Made by a program: the position numbers and the translations under genes. The notes beneath the pieces are model-generated. The model was not told where the DNA came from, made no database searches, and saw nothing but the letters and a program-made list of their open reading frames with translations. A stretch of 62,885 bases of DNA, filler included, from Circinaria calcarea (lineage: Eukaryota), in NCBI GenBank assembly GCA_051942165.1. It is 52 parts of 52 records of this genome, joined end to end, with 100 filler letters (N's around TTAATTAATTAA, not from the genome) between each part and the next. Parts side by side here need not be neighbours in the genome. Positions count along the whole stretch, not along the records: positions 24,372 to 25,484 come from JAVECS010005296.1; positions 25,585 to 26,697 come from JAVECS010005297.1; positions 26,798 to 27,909 come from JAVECS010005298.1; positions 28,010 to 29,121 come from JAVECS010005299.1; positions 29,222 to 30,333 come from JAVECS010005300.1; positions 30,434 to 31,544 come from JAVECS010005301.1; positions 31,645 to 32,754 come from JAVECS010005302.1; positions 32,855 to 33,963 come from JAVECS010005303.1; 44 more parts are not named here. One strand, given 5' to 3'. Within the stretch, counting starts at the first letter, position 1. Every line of letters begins with the position of its first letter. Positions 24,372 to 36,799 of this stretch are shown one piece after another.

Positions 24372-25484
24372 CCAAGCTCAACAAGATCCCGTACCGCCTT
24401 GATATGGGGTTCTAGAGACTGTAATTTCATCTTAAAGTCCATCGGCCACGCTCCATGAAAGATATGGGTGACGCGGGAGGCAAGCGTTTGGTAGTCCACA
24501 TCGCTCAGACCCAAACGGTCATGCCCCGGAGCCCAAGGAAGGAATTCGATTTTGAGCCACCCATCCGTTGAGATGACGATGCCTCGGCTCTGCAGGGCCT
24601 TCCACTGTCGATTGACTAGGTCCTGTTTGCTTGACACTTCTTCTTGCCCGAAGACCGATCGTATCAAGCAAACAACTGAATGGACTCGGGGATTGCAACT
24701 GAGCAGATAAAGAATATTGGCACCCAGGTTGCCAGTACTACCTGTAAGGAGGACGACGGCATTGTTATACTCTGGAATGGTCCATTCGCTGCGGTAAGCA
24801 TATTTATCCACAAAAGACGCCATTTTTGCCGTTGGATCTGTCTCAGAGATCGACCCGTTGAGCCATTTGGTCAAAGCGGCACTCAGAGCTGATACAGAGG
24901 GATGGAAGTAGATGATATCACGAGGTAGGCTGTTTTCTGCAGGCACTGCCGGGCCAGACTTCCGCAATGAAGCACAGAGAAGTCGACGGAATTTGGTCAT
25001 CTGTAACGAGTCCATCCCCATGGAGACGAAATCTCTATCGTCGGCCCATGACCCAGGCTCGACATGGGGTGGTAAGCAACGCTGAGCTAGTTCTCTCACG
25101 GTGATTTTTGGGTTCTCCGAGTTAAAGGACGTGACCGCTGCATCGTCGTTGTTCAGCAAAAGCTGCGAATACACCGTAGCGATCTCTGCATCAAAAGTGG
25201 CATAGACTTGCTTGCGCTGTACCGAGCCCTTGTCAGTTAGCGGAATCTGTTTGCGGTCAGGCTTAACAAGAATTGCGTTTTTCGTTAAGATACGCGCGTG
25301 ACTATCCATTGAGTCATTGGATCTCTGGAGCTGCTGCCAAACCGAGTCAACAAAAGCGTCTTTTGAGCTAGTCATTCCGGAAAGGGGTTCGACAAGTACA
25401 CCAAGCTCGAACTGTCCATTGCCAAAGACTACAGCACGCTTGACCAGAGGATGAGACTCGAGCAATTGTTCATGAGTATAGGGA
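24372..25484 (-). CDS. NRPS-like A-T-R enzyme (adenylation C-terminus, carrier domain, terminal reductase), internal fragment
   Basis: HPLVKRAVVFGNGQFELGVLVEP, TDKGSVQRK (A10-like), DFVSMGMDSL (Ppant Ser), VVLLTGSTGNLG (Rossmann), IFHGAWPMDF. Confidence 0.92.
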
Positions 25485-28400
25485 NNNNNNNNNNNNNNNN
25501 NNNNNNNNNNNNNNNNNNNNNNNNNNNNTTAATTAATTAANNNNNNNNNNNNNNNNNNNNNNNNNNNNNNNNNNNNNNNNNNNNGAAGGGGATTGAGGAG
25601 GAGACATGGAAGGGAGGGGAGGGGTGTGTGAGGGTGCGGGGGATTGGGTAGAGGCGTGAGCAGGGAGAAATAGGGGAAGTAGGAGAGTAAATTGCGTGAG
25701 GATTGACCCAAAAAAAAAGAAAAAAAGTAGACAAGGTTGGGAATTGGCGTTTGCACTCTGAGTTGTCGGCTTCTTGGGGTTGGGTTTGCGGATAGGATGG
25801 CATACTGCGGTTTCAGCTTGGGTCTTCGTGTCTCGTTAGGGTAGGTAAAATAGCACTATGGTACTTTCCCCAGCTTCCATATGTTCCTGGCCCCACTTAA
25901 CTTCTCCCCTCTTATCCGGCCGTCCAAAATGCATAGCAATGGGTTTGCTGGCAGGTTCTCATCCAGAGCCGGCCGAGACAAACTATCATACCCTCAGTGT
26001 TTTTAGGAAACGGCATCATTCAGCGGTTATGGGAGGGGGTCAGTTGGGTGTGGAACACCACGCTAGGGTGGAGGTGTCTTACCTTTGAAAGACGTAGTCT
26101 ACCAGTAGGATAAACTGAGGATCTTCAGCATCATGGTTCGGTTGAAGAGGAGGTGGTTTGAGTAGCATCAGAGCTGTATGTGGGTGTGATAACCGACCGC
26201 GGTGCTTACCGAGGAAAGAAGCTCGACTTTTGGAGAGGTTGTTAGAACAGAGCCATTCCAGTCAAAATCTTCCGGGGAGGATTTTTCTGGCATTAGACGG
26301 GAAGGAGATTTTTTTGGAGGCGACTCTTGGTGTTTCGATTAATTACCCATATCCCCGTCTTCCCTTCTGCTGTTGCGTTTAGTGTGGGTTTGGAAATGGA
26401 TAGGAGTAGGTGTGCCGAGGGTGGAAATGATTCAAGACAGTCGATGGAAAATCGAAGCATAGTGTTCGCTCTAGTGTCGAGAGAGAACAGTTCGAAAGAT
26501 ATCCGTGGAGTCTCCCATGGCGGCAGAATATTGTGCCCAATTTCTGGAAAAAAAAAGTAAACTTAAGTTCATAAGATTACCGAATACCAGCGCCGTCCAT
26601 GCAGTCGGATATATTATCTAGTATAGCCGTGCCTCTCCAGGTGGCGCTTCTCTCTTAATCCTAGTTGTCGAGCTCCCATCGTCCCAGAACTCCACATNNN
26701 NNNNNNNNNNNNNNNNNNNNNNNNNNNNNNNNNNNNNNNNNTTAATTAATTAANNNNNNNNNNNNNNNNNNNNNNNNNNNNNNNNNNNNNNNNNNNNGGG
26801 AAGGGGGAGCGGGGGGGGGGGGAGAAGGGTTAGGGTTCCCGCCCCCCAAAAAAAAGGGTATCGTGAGGTGCGAGTTTTCTTCCCTCATTCAATCGTTATG
26901 AATTAGTTTGGTTCTTCGTTCTTGAATTTTTTTTCTCTTTTTTTTTTCTTTGGTGGGAAAACCTTAGTTTAAGATTCTTATTCTTAAAAAACCCTTCTCT
27001 CTTCTTTTCCTTTTCTTCTTCCTTTACTAACACAAACCCGAAAAACGAACACAAACACAGAAAAAGCAAAGCGCACAAGTGAAAACCCCCCCAAGAAGGC
27101 GTCGCGCACATCCCCTGTCAACGGGGGTTGCTGGGAAAGGAAATTTGGGGATCCCAGGGGATCCAACGGGAGCGGTGGGGTGAAGCTTAGGACGGCTTTC
27201 CCCCTTCCTTTTCCCCCCCTTGGCTTTATATGGCGGAGATTGCGGGAGGAATTTCGAATGTCGGAGCTTGGGATTCCCTTGGCTGGAAGGGAGGAAGGGA
27301 GAAGGAAGGGAGGAGGAAGGGAGGAGGATGGGGGAATAAGGGGATTTGGATTTGGGATTCGAAAGAAAAGGAGGGAGGGAAAACCAAAGGGGCGCCTGGG
27401 TTGACCTTGTGGACAACTATTAATCGACCGCCCAGGCCCCGGCAGGGGTAGCATACATGTCCACGAAGAAAGAATCGTAGGGCCTCCCCCCCGAAACAAT
27501 GTGGTGTGGTCAAGGAGATTCGGAAAACCGGAAAGCAAAAAAAAGTCTCTCATAACATCTAAATCAATCGAATCCAGTGCTACATTTTAACAATCCACCT
27601 CGATCAGGGCAGGAAAGGCCTACCCCACTGCCCCCCTGGGTGGGTTTGGGTGCTATTATCACAAGCGATATATGGTAAACCGAACAAAATCGTACGAAAA
27701 CAACTTAGTCCATTCCCGTGCTTATAAACTCACTTATGCCGGCTTTTCGTAAAAAATCCTTAAATCATACCCAATAGCATATTTATTTAGAAAATACATT
27801 TCCCCTCTCCCCGGCAGTAACACCTGTTCCCCAACTCGTTCGCAAACAACTCCGGGGAAGAAAGCTGGACGGAGGACACGCGGAATCAAATAACTCCCCC
27901 CCCTCCCCCNNNNNNNNNNNNNNNNNNNNNNNNNNNNNNNNNNNNNNNNNNNNTTAATTAATTAANNNNNNNNNNNNNNNNNNNNNNNNNNNNNNNNNNN
28001 NNNNNNNNNGTGAATAAGGGGTTTAGTTTATTTCGTTTTGTTTCGTTTCCAATATCTCTATCCCTATCCCTTATCGCACGATCCCCCCTCCACCTTTGAG
28101 GACTCTGGAGTCTACTTTCAACTCAGTATCAACTCCAATCTCCATTCAAGAGGAAGTGGGGTGTGGCGTGTGGGGTATACATTCGGAGAATCCGTTGTAC
28201 CTTGGTCGATTTCTTTCCAATTTTTGTTACTTTTTCCTGGTGGTAGTCCGGTGTATGGCTAAATGCATCAGGAATCGAGTCGAGGCCTATATTCTACAAC
28301 TCATTTCCCACGCCAAGGACCCCCCCGCAGGGAGTGTAAAAGTAGAACGAACCGGCCGGGAGCGTTTATTTCTCTTCTTAGTTGGATATCTTATCTACCA

Positions 28401-29244
28401 ACAACGACCGGACTCACATTCGTATTAGCAACCGCCCTACTCGTCACTCGGCACACAGGAACAAGAATCCAGCTTTCCCATTCCCTTTCGTTTCCCCTTC
28501 GTTTCCCCTCTCTTCCCTCGCCCACGCCACGTCAAGGGAAACCCCCCTTCTGGTCTCGAGTCGATCAAGGGAAGCCCAACCGGCCGCGCAAAAACGGTTC
28601 GGTTGCTTATTCGACAAAACACATTCATACCCACATTATATATTCCAACAAAAATCCATCGGACGCCCCTAAGCTGGAATCCAAAAAAAAAGAAGAAAAG
28701 AGAGAACAGCGGGAAATAAGAAGATGGAAACAGGAGACAAAAGATAAACAACGAGAAATCGGAAGAGAGTAAAGACGCTGCCGGCTTTCGTTCCGGCTCG
28801 ACCCATTGAATTGCCCTTTGGTCCCTGAACTGCAGCCTGCAGTTCCAGGAATCGACAACGAAATATGCAGACGGTGAGATCAAGCGGAGAGACATAGGTT
28901 TAAGTCTGGCGTGTGAGGGATAAGGAGTGAGGGATAAGGAGTGATGGACGAGGAGATGAGGAAGAAAGGAGGGAGTTAGGAGGGAGAATGGAGGATCTGG
29001 TGAGGGAGAGGGGTTTTCGAGCCGGGTTTAACCCAAAGGAGAAAGTGGAGTGCCGTATCGAGGAAATCGTCGAGAGAAAGCCACTAAAACGAAGCAAAAC
29101 ATTCAAGAGAAGCGATTCCCCNNNNNNNNNNNNNNNNNNNNNNNNNNNNNNNNNNNNNNNNNNNNTTAATTAATTAANNNNNNNNNNNNNNNNNNNNNNN
29201 NNNNNNNNNNNNNNNNNNNNNAGTCCCTCACTATAATCATCAAC

Positions 29245-29888
29245 ATGCGAGCCTTTTACTTGATCGGGATCATGGGCGTTGCTTTCCTGCCTGCTCTCAA
29301 CTCCGCATCTCCCCTACCCATAGCAACACGACGCTGTGCAAATGCTCCAAGCGTGATAGCCGGAACGTAAGTTCGATCCCTAAGTCCCCTCGTTTTCCCA
29401 TCGGAACGTTCGCTGATATTCCAACTTCCAGCCTCCTAAACCGTCGCTCCATGATCTCCACCTCAGAGGAACTAAACCCCCGAGCAGAGCTGGGCAGTAC
29501 CAAAAACATAGTCTGGTGTGCTCCCGCCACACGCGCCTACATCATCCTCTCACCCTTCGTCCGCAACCCCAACGCTATTGGCATTTCCAGCAACCGGATA
29601 GCTGCCATGCTGACAGATGCCGTCATCGAGCTTAACGAGCACTTGGAGAGGTTCGGCGATGGAGTGCTCTCGGAAGCTCCCGGATTGATCTATACATTTA
29701 CCGGAATCCAGGGTGACCGAAGGAGTGATTTGGACATTACGCAGAGAGTTGGCAAGCGCATCTCGTATGCGGTCTTACGGGCAGTCTTGAGCGCCATGTA
29801 TGAGGCTATGAGCAGAGACTCGTTTCGGGCGGCGGCTTTTAGCATCTGGGTTGGGACTGAGCAGGTCGGGACGGGGAAGCTATCGTGA
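29245..29888 (+). CDS. Complete 192-aa small secreted protein (exons 29245-29366 and 29432-29888), putative lichen-fungus-expanded family
   Basis: Signal peptide MRAFYLIGIMGVAFLPALNSA-SPLP; intron GTAAGT..GCTGAT..CAG in phase; dibasic RR sites; C-terminal GDGVL..ISYAVL..AM..F.I..G..QVGTGKLS. Confidence 0.85.
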
Positions 29889-30043
29889 TCGGTTGGCAGT
29901 TTTGCCCATTGAAAAGCCATACCCCTGGGTTTCTTTGTGTATATGATTTTAGTCGCGGTAGTGGCCAAGGTATCCCTAATTGCCGTTGAACAAGTTCTAC
30001 CTCCAAGGTACTAGGTTTGCATCGAGGCGGAGCCGAGAATTCG

Positions 30044-30331
30044 CTATTGCTGAAGGGTACGAAAATTGCATACCCCTACACAAGTAGCCTTCGACACGTA
30101 GTTAATCGTCAGTATCCCCATCTTGTCCGGGTCATTGTCCCCGCTCAACGGTACACTACCACATTTCTTACATCCATGCTGTATCAACTCCCCCAGCCTC
30201 GTAATCATCTGTTGTCCAGTCACCCCCTCCGCTGGGACATTCCCCTGCGTAAACAAACAGATACCACCACTGCCAAAGATGCCAGGCTCGCACACAATCT
30301 GCTCACCGGCGGGATATACATCCTCCGCAGG
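30044..30331 (-). CDS. KP4 killer toxin-like protein, C-terminal part
   Basis: YPAGEQIVC..GGICLFTQ..L.ELIQHGCKKCGSVP...N.....GILTINYVS..C.G.C follows the Kp4 family pattern. Confidence 0.88.
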   Translation of the reverse strand, partial: PAEDVYPAGEQIVCEPGIFGSGGICLFTQGNVPAEGVTGQQMITRLGELIQHGCKKCGSVPLSGDNDPDKMGILTINYVSKATCVGVCNFRTLQQ

Positions 30332-31296
30332 GANNNNNNNNNNNNNNNNNNNNNNNNNNNNNNNNNNNNNNNNNNNNTTAATTAATTAANNNNNNNNNNN
30401 NNNNNNNNNNNNNNNNNNNNNNNNNNNNNNNNNGAGAGAGAGAAAGAAGGCTCAAGGGCTAGACCGCCAGGCCAAGCTCCATGAAGAAAGAATTAGAGAC
30501 AACACTAATCTCATGGATTGCTGCGAGAATAATATAAATGACAGTTGCTTTAGTGGGCTTAATCTCAGTCCCTAGTAGACTAGAAAAACAGGTCTGGAGC
30601 TTTTGGTCCAAGAACCATAGGTATCGATCCTCTATACTATTGTACGACACTGTAACGCAAGGAGGAAACCGTAAATGCTACGCTGAAGGGATACAGACAC
30701 TTAGCTTCAGTCATTCTGGACTGCGCCGGCCTCATTCAAACTCGAGCGGTCCATTCTAGACAGCCTGTACTCGTGCTGACTCTTGGTCTCATGAACAACT
30801 GCCTCTACTGATCGTGATATTGGTATCTCTGATGATTAAGGTTGTAAGGGCTAAGGCTGATGGTCTCTGCTGACAAAAGTTGATTGGTGAGTGTTAGTCA
30901 GAAATGATAAGCAATTGATGCGCCACAAGCGACGGGAAGCGGATAATGCAGCTTCCGTCACACTCTTCTGGCTTTGATTGTTTTGGTAAGCGGTAAGTTT
31001 TGGTAAGCGGTAACAGTAGGAGAGTATCCGTTTCGCAATTCCATGATTCACCACCACCTCTGACCTTGGATCCTACTTTTGTTATGAGTAGGGCCTTTTT
31101 CGGGCGAGTGTCGGTGATTTCCTGATCAATGGCGCCCTTAGCGGCATCCTCTACTTGCCATTTAATGGCATGTAGTGTCCCAACAACTTTGATCGATATC
31201 TCTCAGTATCCTCTTCCCCCGAGACTAAATCCTCGAGAACCGTACGATACAGCACCATCTAACTCACTCCCGCCGATACCATAACACTTTGCCACA

Positions 31297-31544
31297 ATGG
31301 CGACTTCGGACACGCATGAGATTGTGATCCTTGGTGCAAACTTTGCAGGAATCAGCACAGCACATTACCTGTTGCGCCACACCATACCGGCCATTTCCCA
31401 GCTTAATTCTTCTATCAGCTACCGAGTTAGCTTGGTGTCCCCATCTACGCATTTCTTTTGGAAAGTGGGTGCTCCGCGTACTCTCGTCGGTCCTGACCTC
31501 CTACCGATCGATAAAGCCTTCATTCCAATTGCCGACGGCTTCAA
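31297..31544 (+). CDS. AIF/AMID-like FAD/NAD(P)-dependent oxidoreductase, N-terminus
   Basis: IVILGANFAGISTAHYLL, VSLVSPSTHFFWKVGAPR, KAFIPIADGF. Confidence 0.85.
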
Positions 31545-32139
31545 NNNNNNNNNNNNNNNNNNNNNNNNNNNNNNNNNNNNNNNNNNNNTTAATTAATTAA
31601 NNNNNNNNNNNNNNNNNNNNNNNNNNNNNNNNNNNNNNNNNNNNTTTCCCCCCCTTCCCCCTCCTTCGCATTTCACATTTCGCATTCCCACCTTTCCTTC
31701 AGAAACTTCCTAGAATCATCAATCATCCCTTCCCCTACAGACCGGTTTCGTCGGTTTCTCCCGGAGTCCGGACCTAGAGTAAATCCCGCAATATGCTGGA
31801 AAAAGGGTACTTGGCATCTCTTGAGCAAAGGTGCCTTTCAATACTGGCAGTCGGGGGGAAGCAAGTGCAGTAAAAGTGCATCAGTACAATATAGGGAGTT
31901 TGAATAGCACCCTGGCAGTCACGACAGTACACAGTACAGCAATAGTTGCAGCTAATATAATTGAACCTCGCTAAACCAAGGGTAAATTAAATGACCTCGG
32001 TTATTGGGGAATTAAAGGGCGCTTCTAAAACTCAGCGGTATGGAATTTCTAATACCAGCCTATTGCAAGCCACCAACAGCCTAAATAACGCCATTAATAT
32101 TTCTATAGTAAGCCTGATTCTTTAATAATAAATAAACTA

Positions 32140-32754
32140 ATTCTTTTATAGACGCGTTCTTCCTCTATTGACCTCGCTGTTATTTAATTATTTTCGCTAT
32201 CGCCGTCGAAACCCTCCGCGTTTATATTAGAATATTTATTATATTTAATATTATTCTAAAGGATATCGAGGCTATACGCCATCGCCTCTTTAAGCTCGAC
32301 GATAATACGATTATATTATCGATTACAGACTGGAATATCTATTTCCCGTGGGTCGATAATTTCTAAATACGAAATAAGCTTCCGCCGAAATATATTAATA
32401 TTAATAACACTCGGACGGTCTATTATTAATATCGTTTTTATTTTACGAAAGACTATATACCTGCGCGGAATAGAATTAATAAACGGAACCGTAATAACCG
32501 CGATATAATAAATTATAATATAAAGCTTAAGGCTGTTTTCTATAGCGAGGATTTTATTAAATTTTTCCGTTATAATAAATACTTAGAGCATATATATACG
32601 ATAGAAAATTTTAATTAAATTAAAAAATATTTTATTATCCGGCAGCTGATTATTTAGAAATTTATTTATAAATATAAAACCTCCGAAATAATAATTAACC
32701 TCCGTGTAATTTATTAATTAAATAATTAAAAGAAATTATATAAAGTAGACGTTT
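32140..32754 (+). mobile_element. RIP-degraded N-terminal region of a putative Mutator (MULE) transposase
   Basis: Single frame with TAA stops: IRHRLFKLD..LSITDWNIYFPWVDNF*..VYY*YRF..RNRNNR..YNIKLK..LEHIYTIENFN*IKK, resembling the WRKY-like Zn domain of fungal MULEs; extreme TpA bias. Confidence 0.6.
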
Positions 32755-33703
32755 NNNNNNNNNNNNNNNNNNNNNNNNNNNNNNNNNNNNNNNNNNNNTT
32801 AATTAATTAANNNNNNNNNNNNNNNNNNNNNNNNNNNNNNNNNNNNNNNNNNNNGTTGGCGCCGCTACAGGGTGTACGGAAAGCTCGCATCTCCAAATTT
32901 CAAGTCTGCAAAACTCAGGAGCGGATCAGCGACAAACACAGTCAAGAGCTTCTACGTCTCCTCACTCCACCTCGGTCACAGTGAAGAACATTTCCCTGTT
33001 CAAGGAGATTGGATTCCTCCAGCGTGCTCGATGCTGACTTCGTCAGCATCGCAAAGTCAGACTCGAGAATCTTGCGCACCTCAAGAAAGGGCCTAAAGGC
33101 CCAAACGTTTATCAACAAGAGTAGTGCTCTTGAGATTCGAACCCAACTCTAGTTATATCCCCTTTATATCTTTATTTGCGCACACATGCTCTTCGTAGGT
33201 CTCACACAATTCAGGTTCACCCTTACTTAGGTAACGGACCTGACAGCCCCATTTGACATAATGCGAAGTTTAACTAATGTTTACAAACCCCTATTTGCCG
33301 AGAATGTACTGGAGCTCTGGAGCGTGCACAATCTAGTATATCGCTCGTACTCGTACCCACCCAGCTCGAACCCAGTTCCGTAACCCGTAGTCGAGGAACA
33401 CACGGTTCGGGCTGCCCCGACCAAGCACTAGTCTAGGGGGAGATTTCACTTCTGGCTCTTATTGGGTTTGGATAGCATCATCTGCAGCCGTCAACGTCCG
33501 AGCTCCAAGAAATGAATATGTTCCAGTCGGCCTAAACTACACTCGTACATGAGCAGTGCGTCAAAATAACAAAGTCTCGAAATCACGGGGGATTTGAGAC
33601 ACGGCGGAAATGCTTAAAAGACATTCGAATATACAGCATCTAAGTAGTCTACGCTCTTCCCAGCCCGAACCCATTGCCTCTATGCCCATTATCCACAAAT
33701 ACT

Positions 33704-33963
33704 TTACGGGTTCTCCTTGACGAATTTTACACCTACACGAGAGTTAGAATATAACAATCAAGTCTCCGGAAGGCCTACCTTTCTCAATATTCTTCTTCAG
33801 ATCCCCCAAACAGGCGTCAAGCAGTCCCTGCTCAAACTGTGAGATCTTTCCAACCGGATGAATCGTCTGAACGCCGTCCGGACCCAATTCAACTTTTGAA
33901 GCAAAGAAATCCACACCCTGGTCTTTGTAAAGCGGGCTGTCGACGAATGTGGGTTCGATGACT
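33704..33963 (-). CDS. MDH1: Mitochondrial NAD-malate dehydrogenase, C-terminus; intron 33733-33778
   Basis: [31 protein letters not shown]...[24 protein letters not shown]. Confidence 0.93.
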
Positions 33964-34063
33964 NNNNNNNNNNNNNNNNNNNNNNNNNNNNNNNNNNNNN
34001 NNNNNNNTTAATTAATTAANNNNNNNNNNNNNNNNNNNNNNNNNNNNNNNNNNNNNNNNNNNN

Positions 34064-34756
34064 GCCCAAAACTCGGACAGTGCAGTCTGCTTCGACTGCG
34101 AAATGGGCTACACAACGCTAGGTATGGAGTTGATACGCTTAACCGCAACATCCTGGCCTGATGGGAGTGAGCTTCTCGACGTGTTGGTCAGACCTATGGG
34201 AGAGATCCTAGATCTAAATTCTCGGTTTTCGGGCGTCTGGCCCCATCACTTCAATGAAGCGGTACCATACTCTGCTGGTTCAACTAAAATGGAGGTTGGC
34301 GGTCCTCAGGCACCAAGATTACAGCTGGTCGAATCACCATCCAAAGCCCGCGAGCTACTTTTCGAGCACCTTACCATGCAGACTCCACTGATTGGCCACG
34401 CTCTGGAGAATGATCTCAATGCGGTACGTATCATTCATCCCACGATCGTTGATACTGTTCTACTCTACCCCCACCCCCGTGGTCTGCCCATACGGTATGG
34501 TTTGAAGATGCTGGTGAAGAAGCACCTGAATCGAGATATACAAATGGGAGGAGAGCGAGGTCACGATTCCAAAGAGGATGCTCGGGCTGCAGGGGACTTG
34601 GTGAGACTGAAGGTCGCGGAGACGTGGAAAGTAATGACGAGGGATGGTTGGACGGTTGATGATGGGGAGTTCAACCCACCATTACCAGGTGGACCAACGT
34701 CATCGACGGAATCTCGCATTCTCGGATCTGTTGGAGCCAAGAGGAAACGTTCCTAA
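34064..34756 (+). CDS. REX3: RNA exonuclease 3 (DEDDh), C-terminal domain
   Basis: [56 protein letters not shown]. Confidence 0.9.
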   Translation, partial: AQNSDSAVCFDCEMGYTTLGMELIRLTATSWPDGSELLDVLVRPMGEILDLNSRFSGVWPHHFNEAVPYSAGSTKMEVGGPQAPRLQLVESPSKARELLFEHLTMQTPLIGHALENDLNAVRIIHPTIVDTVLLYPHPRGLPIRYGLKMLVKKHLNRDIQMGGERGHDSKEDARAAGDLVRLKVAETWKVMTRDGWTVDDGEFNPPLPGGPTSSTESRILGSVGAKRKRS

Positions 34757-35861
34757 CTGTAGGATCAACCAGCCATGTAAGCCATGAAGATGAACCACTA
34801 CTAAAGGTCTAGCAAGCAAGCCAGTCTTTTCTGCTCGGCGGTGAGTATGCAATCCATGGCATGTCCTCTCAGTTGTGGAAAACATGTTCAGCGCACCATG
34901 CATGCCCAAGTACCACGATAAGCTGAGGGAAGCAGATTTTTCACACGCTAGATGTGGTGGTGTTCGCTGTGAACCTCGAACGAGGGCGACTACTGTTCAT
35001 CATAGGTATCGCTAGGCACCAAGCTACCATTATTCTCCGGACAGTGGCTCTTGTGATAAACCACCTGCATGTATGTACATGTACGAAGTGCCTTAGCAAG
35101 GTCAATTCCAGCCTAACAGAATTGTTCTTCCTGTGCCCCGACCGAAAGCAAATATGCTTTGCTCTACCTATCNNNNNNNNNNNNNNNNNNNNNNNNNNNN
35201 NNNNNNNNNNNNNNNNTTAATTAATTAANNNNNNNNNNNNNNNNNNNNNNNNNNNNNNNNNNNNNNNNNNNNACTTTGACCGAACTTTTCTTGGATGCTG
35301 TACTAGTGGCATAAGGCCGACTTGCCACCACGTGTCTGAACCAATCTGAACCAATCTTGATCTCTTTGCGTGGTGAGCGGCTCTTGAATCCCACTTGAAG
35401 CTCATCATCGTAACGGACATATTCCCATCAGGTTCTTCCTCCAAGTTGGCTCATGCTTGGAGCATACTTCTGTGACCTGCCTCGACTATTCAGTAGGAAA
35501 TCATTGAGAGGGTTCAGTCCGGCATGGCAGGGTGCCAAATAAGAACAAGGTCCAAGCAGAACAGAAGAGGTGGTGGATGTTGCCGATCAATGTGACACTC
35601 GGGAACTCAGCTGAAAATAGCTTTACATTTAATCCAATTTTTCCACACTAATCGAGCCTGATCTAGGAAAAGGTGGCATCTCATAACTGTCGTGACATCC
35701 TTCATGCATGTACGGTTGCCCCTTCAGCCACCCAATGATTTTGATCTGCACAGTCAGGTCTAGAAGTTCGTGGTAGTAACCGGCGCTTTTCTCTGATGCA
35801 AACAAGCCCCTTTGTTGTAGCCAGCAGGGTCACTGCAATTGCTCGTCCTCTCCACATCATA

Positions 35862-36345
35862 TCATTCTGCTGTGTCTGAAACGGAGAAATGCCTATCGCC
35901 CGCCTGTTCGGGGTCTTGGCACCAATTGTCGCTACAACCTGGGAGGGAGAAAAATGTGCAAAGCAAATAGTATACCAAGCTTGCAACTATGAATCTGGCG
36001 AAGAGGTTCACCCGATAGATGTAGATTGCGCCCATTGGCATCTTCTTGCCAATGACACCAACAAAGCCGACAAAGTTGATGAAAATGCCACAGATATAAG
36101 CCATGTAGCTGCGTCAGGACCAGCCAAGCCAGTAGAAATATGGTGAGTCCTTATGAGCGCTGTACAGATTCTTCGGTTCCAGATAGCCTTTGCACACGAG
36201 ATAGTAATCGCATTATGACACCTGCGATGCCGGACAAAAAGACAGAGTATGCACCTAGATAGGTGGTAGAGTTGTTTGAGGTGGAGAGGAGATTCCAAGG
36301 GCACATTGCCAGACCGACTGCGGCACAGATGTCGCCACCTCACCT
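35862..36345 (-). pseudogene. NCS1-family (Fur4/Dal4-like) nucleobase permease relic
   Basis: [18 protein letters not shown][frameshift][39 protein letters not shown]. Confidence 0.8.
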
Positions 36346-36799
36346 AATGTTGAGGAAGCGAGGGAGAAGGGCAGTCATATNNNNNNNNNNNNNNNNNNNN
36401 NNNNNNNNNNNNNNNNNNNNNNNNTTAATTAATTAANNNNNNNNNNNNNNNNNNNNNNNNNNNNNNNNNNNNNNNNNNNNGGGGAAAGGACGTTGGGGGT
36501 TTAGAGAGTTCCATCATTTGATTCGGGGGGGAAAAATGAAAAGGAAAAGGAAAGGGGAATGGGGAAAGGGGAAAGGGATTTGATTGCGGGCAGAGACAAT
36601 CAGGGGTGGATATTAATTTTCCATCCGACTAGCTGGTAATAAGTTACTCGGGGTTCGGTTACAGTGGGTTTTAGCCCAACGACTACTATCGCGGGGTTTA
36701 AACGTTTTGATTCATTCGCCCTCCCCTCCCCCCGGGTCGTAATCTAATTCTATGCCTTTTTGCTTCTGCTCGATCATCACTTGCAGCTTCCGGAAACAA

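Noticed and set aside
10997..25484. LovD-like esterase, MFS pump and NRPS-like enzyme as a biosynthetic gene cluster
   Set aside because: Separate contigs with no linkage evidence
25585..26697. Degenerate minus-strand reading frame starting MGDSTDIFELFSLD at ~26519
   Set aside because: Multiple stops and shifts, and no family recognised
26826..26837. TTAGGG telomere-like motif
   Set aside because: Isolated unit with no tandem array
26798..29121. ORFs in purine/pyrimidine-skewed, homopolymer-rich contigs, including potential G-quadruplex tracts
   Set aside because: Low-complexity intergenic DNA common throughout the window; translations are compositional artefacts
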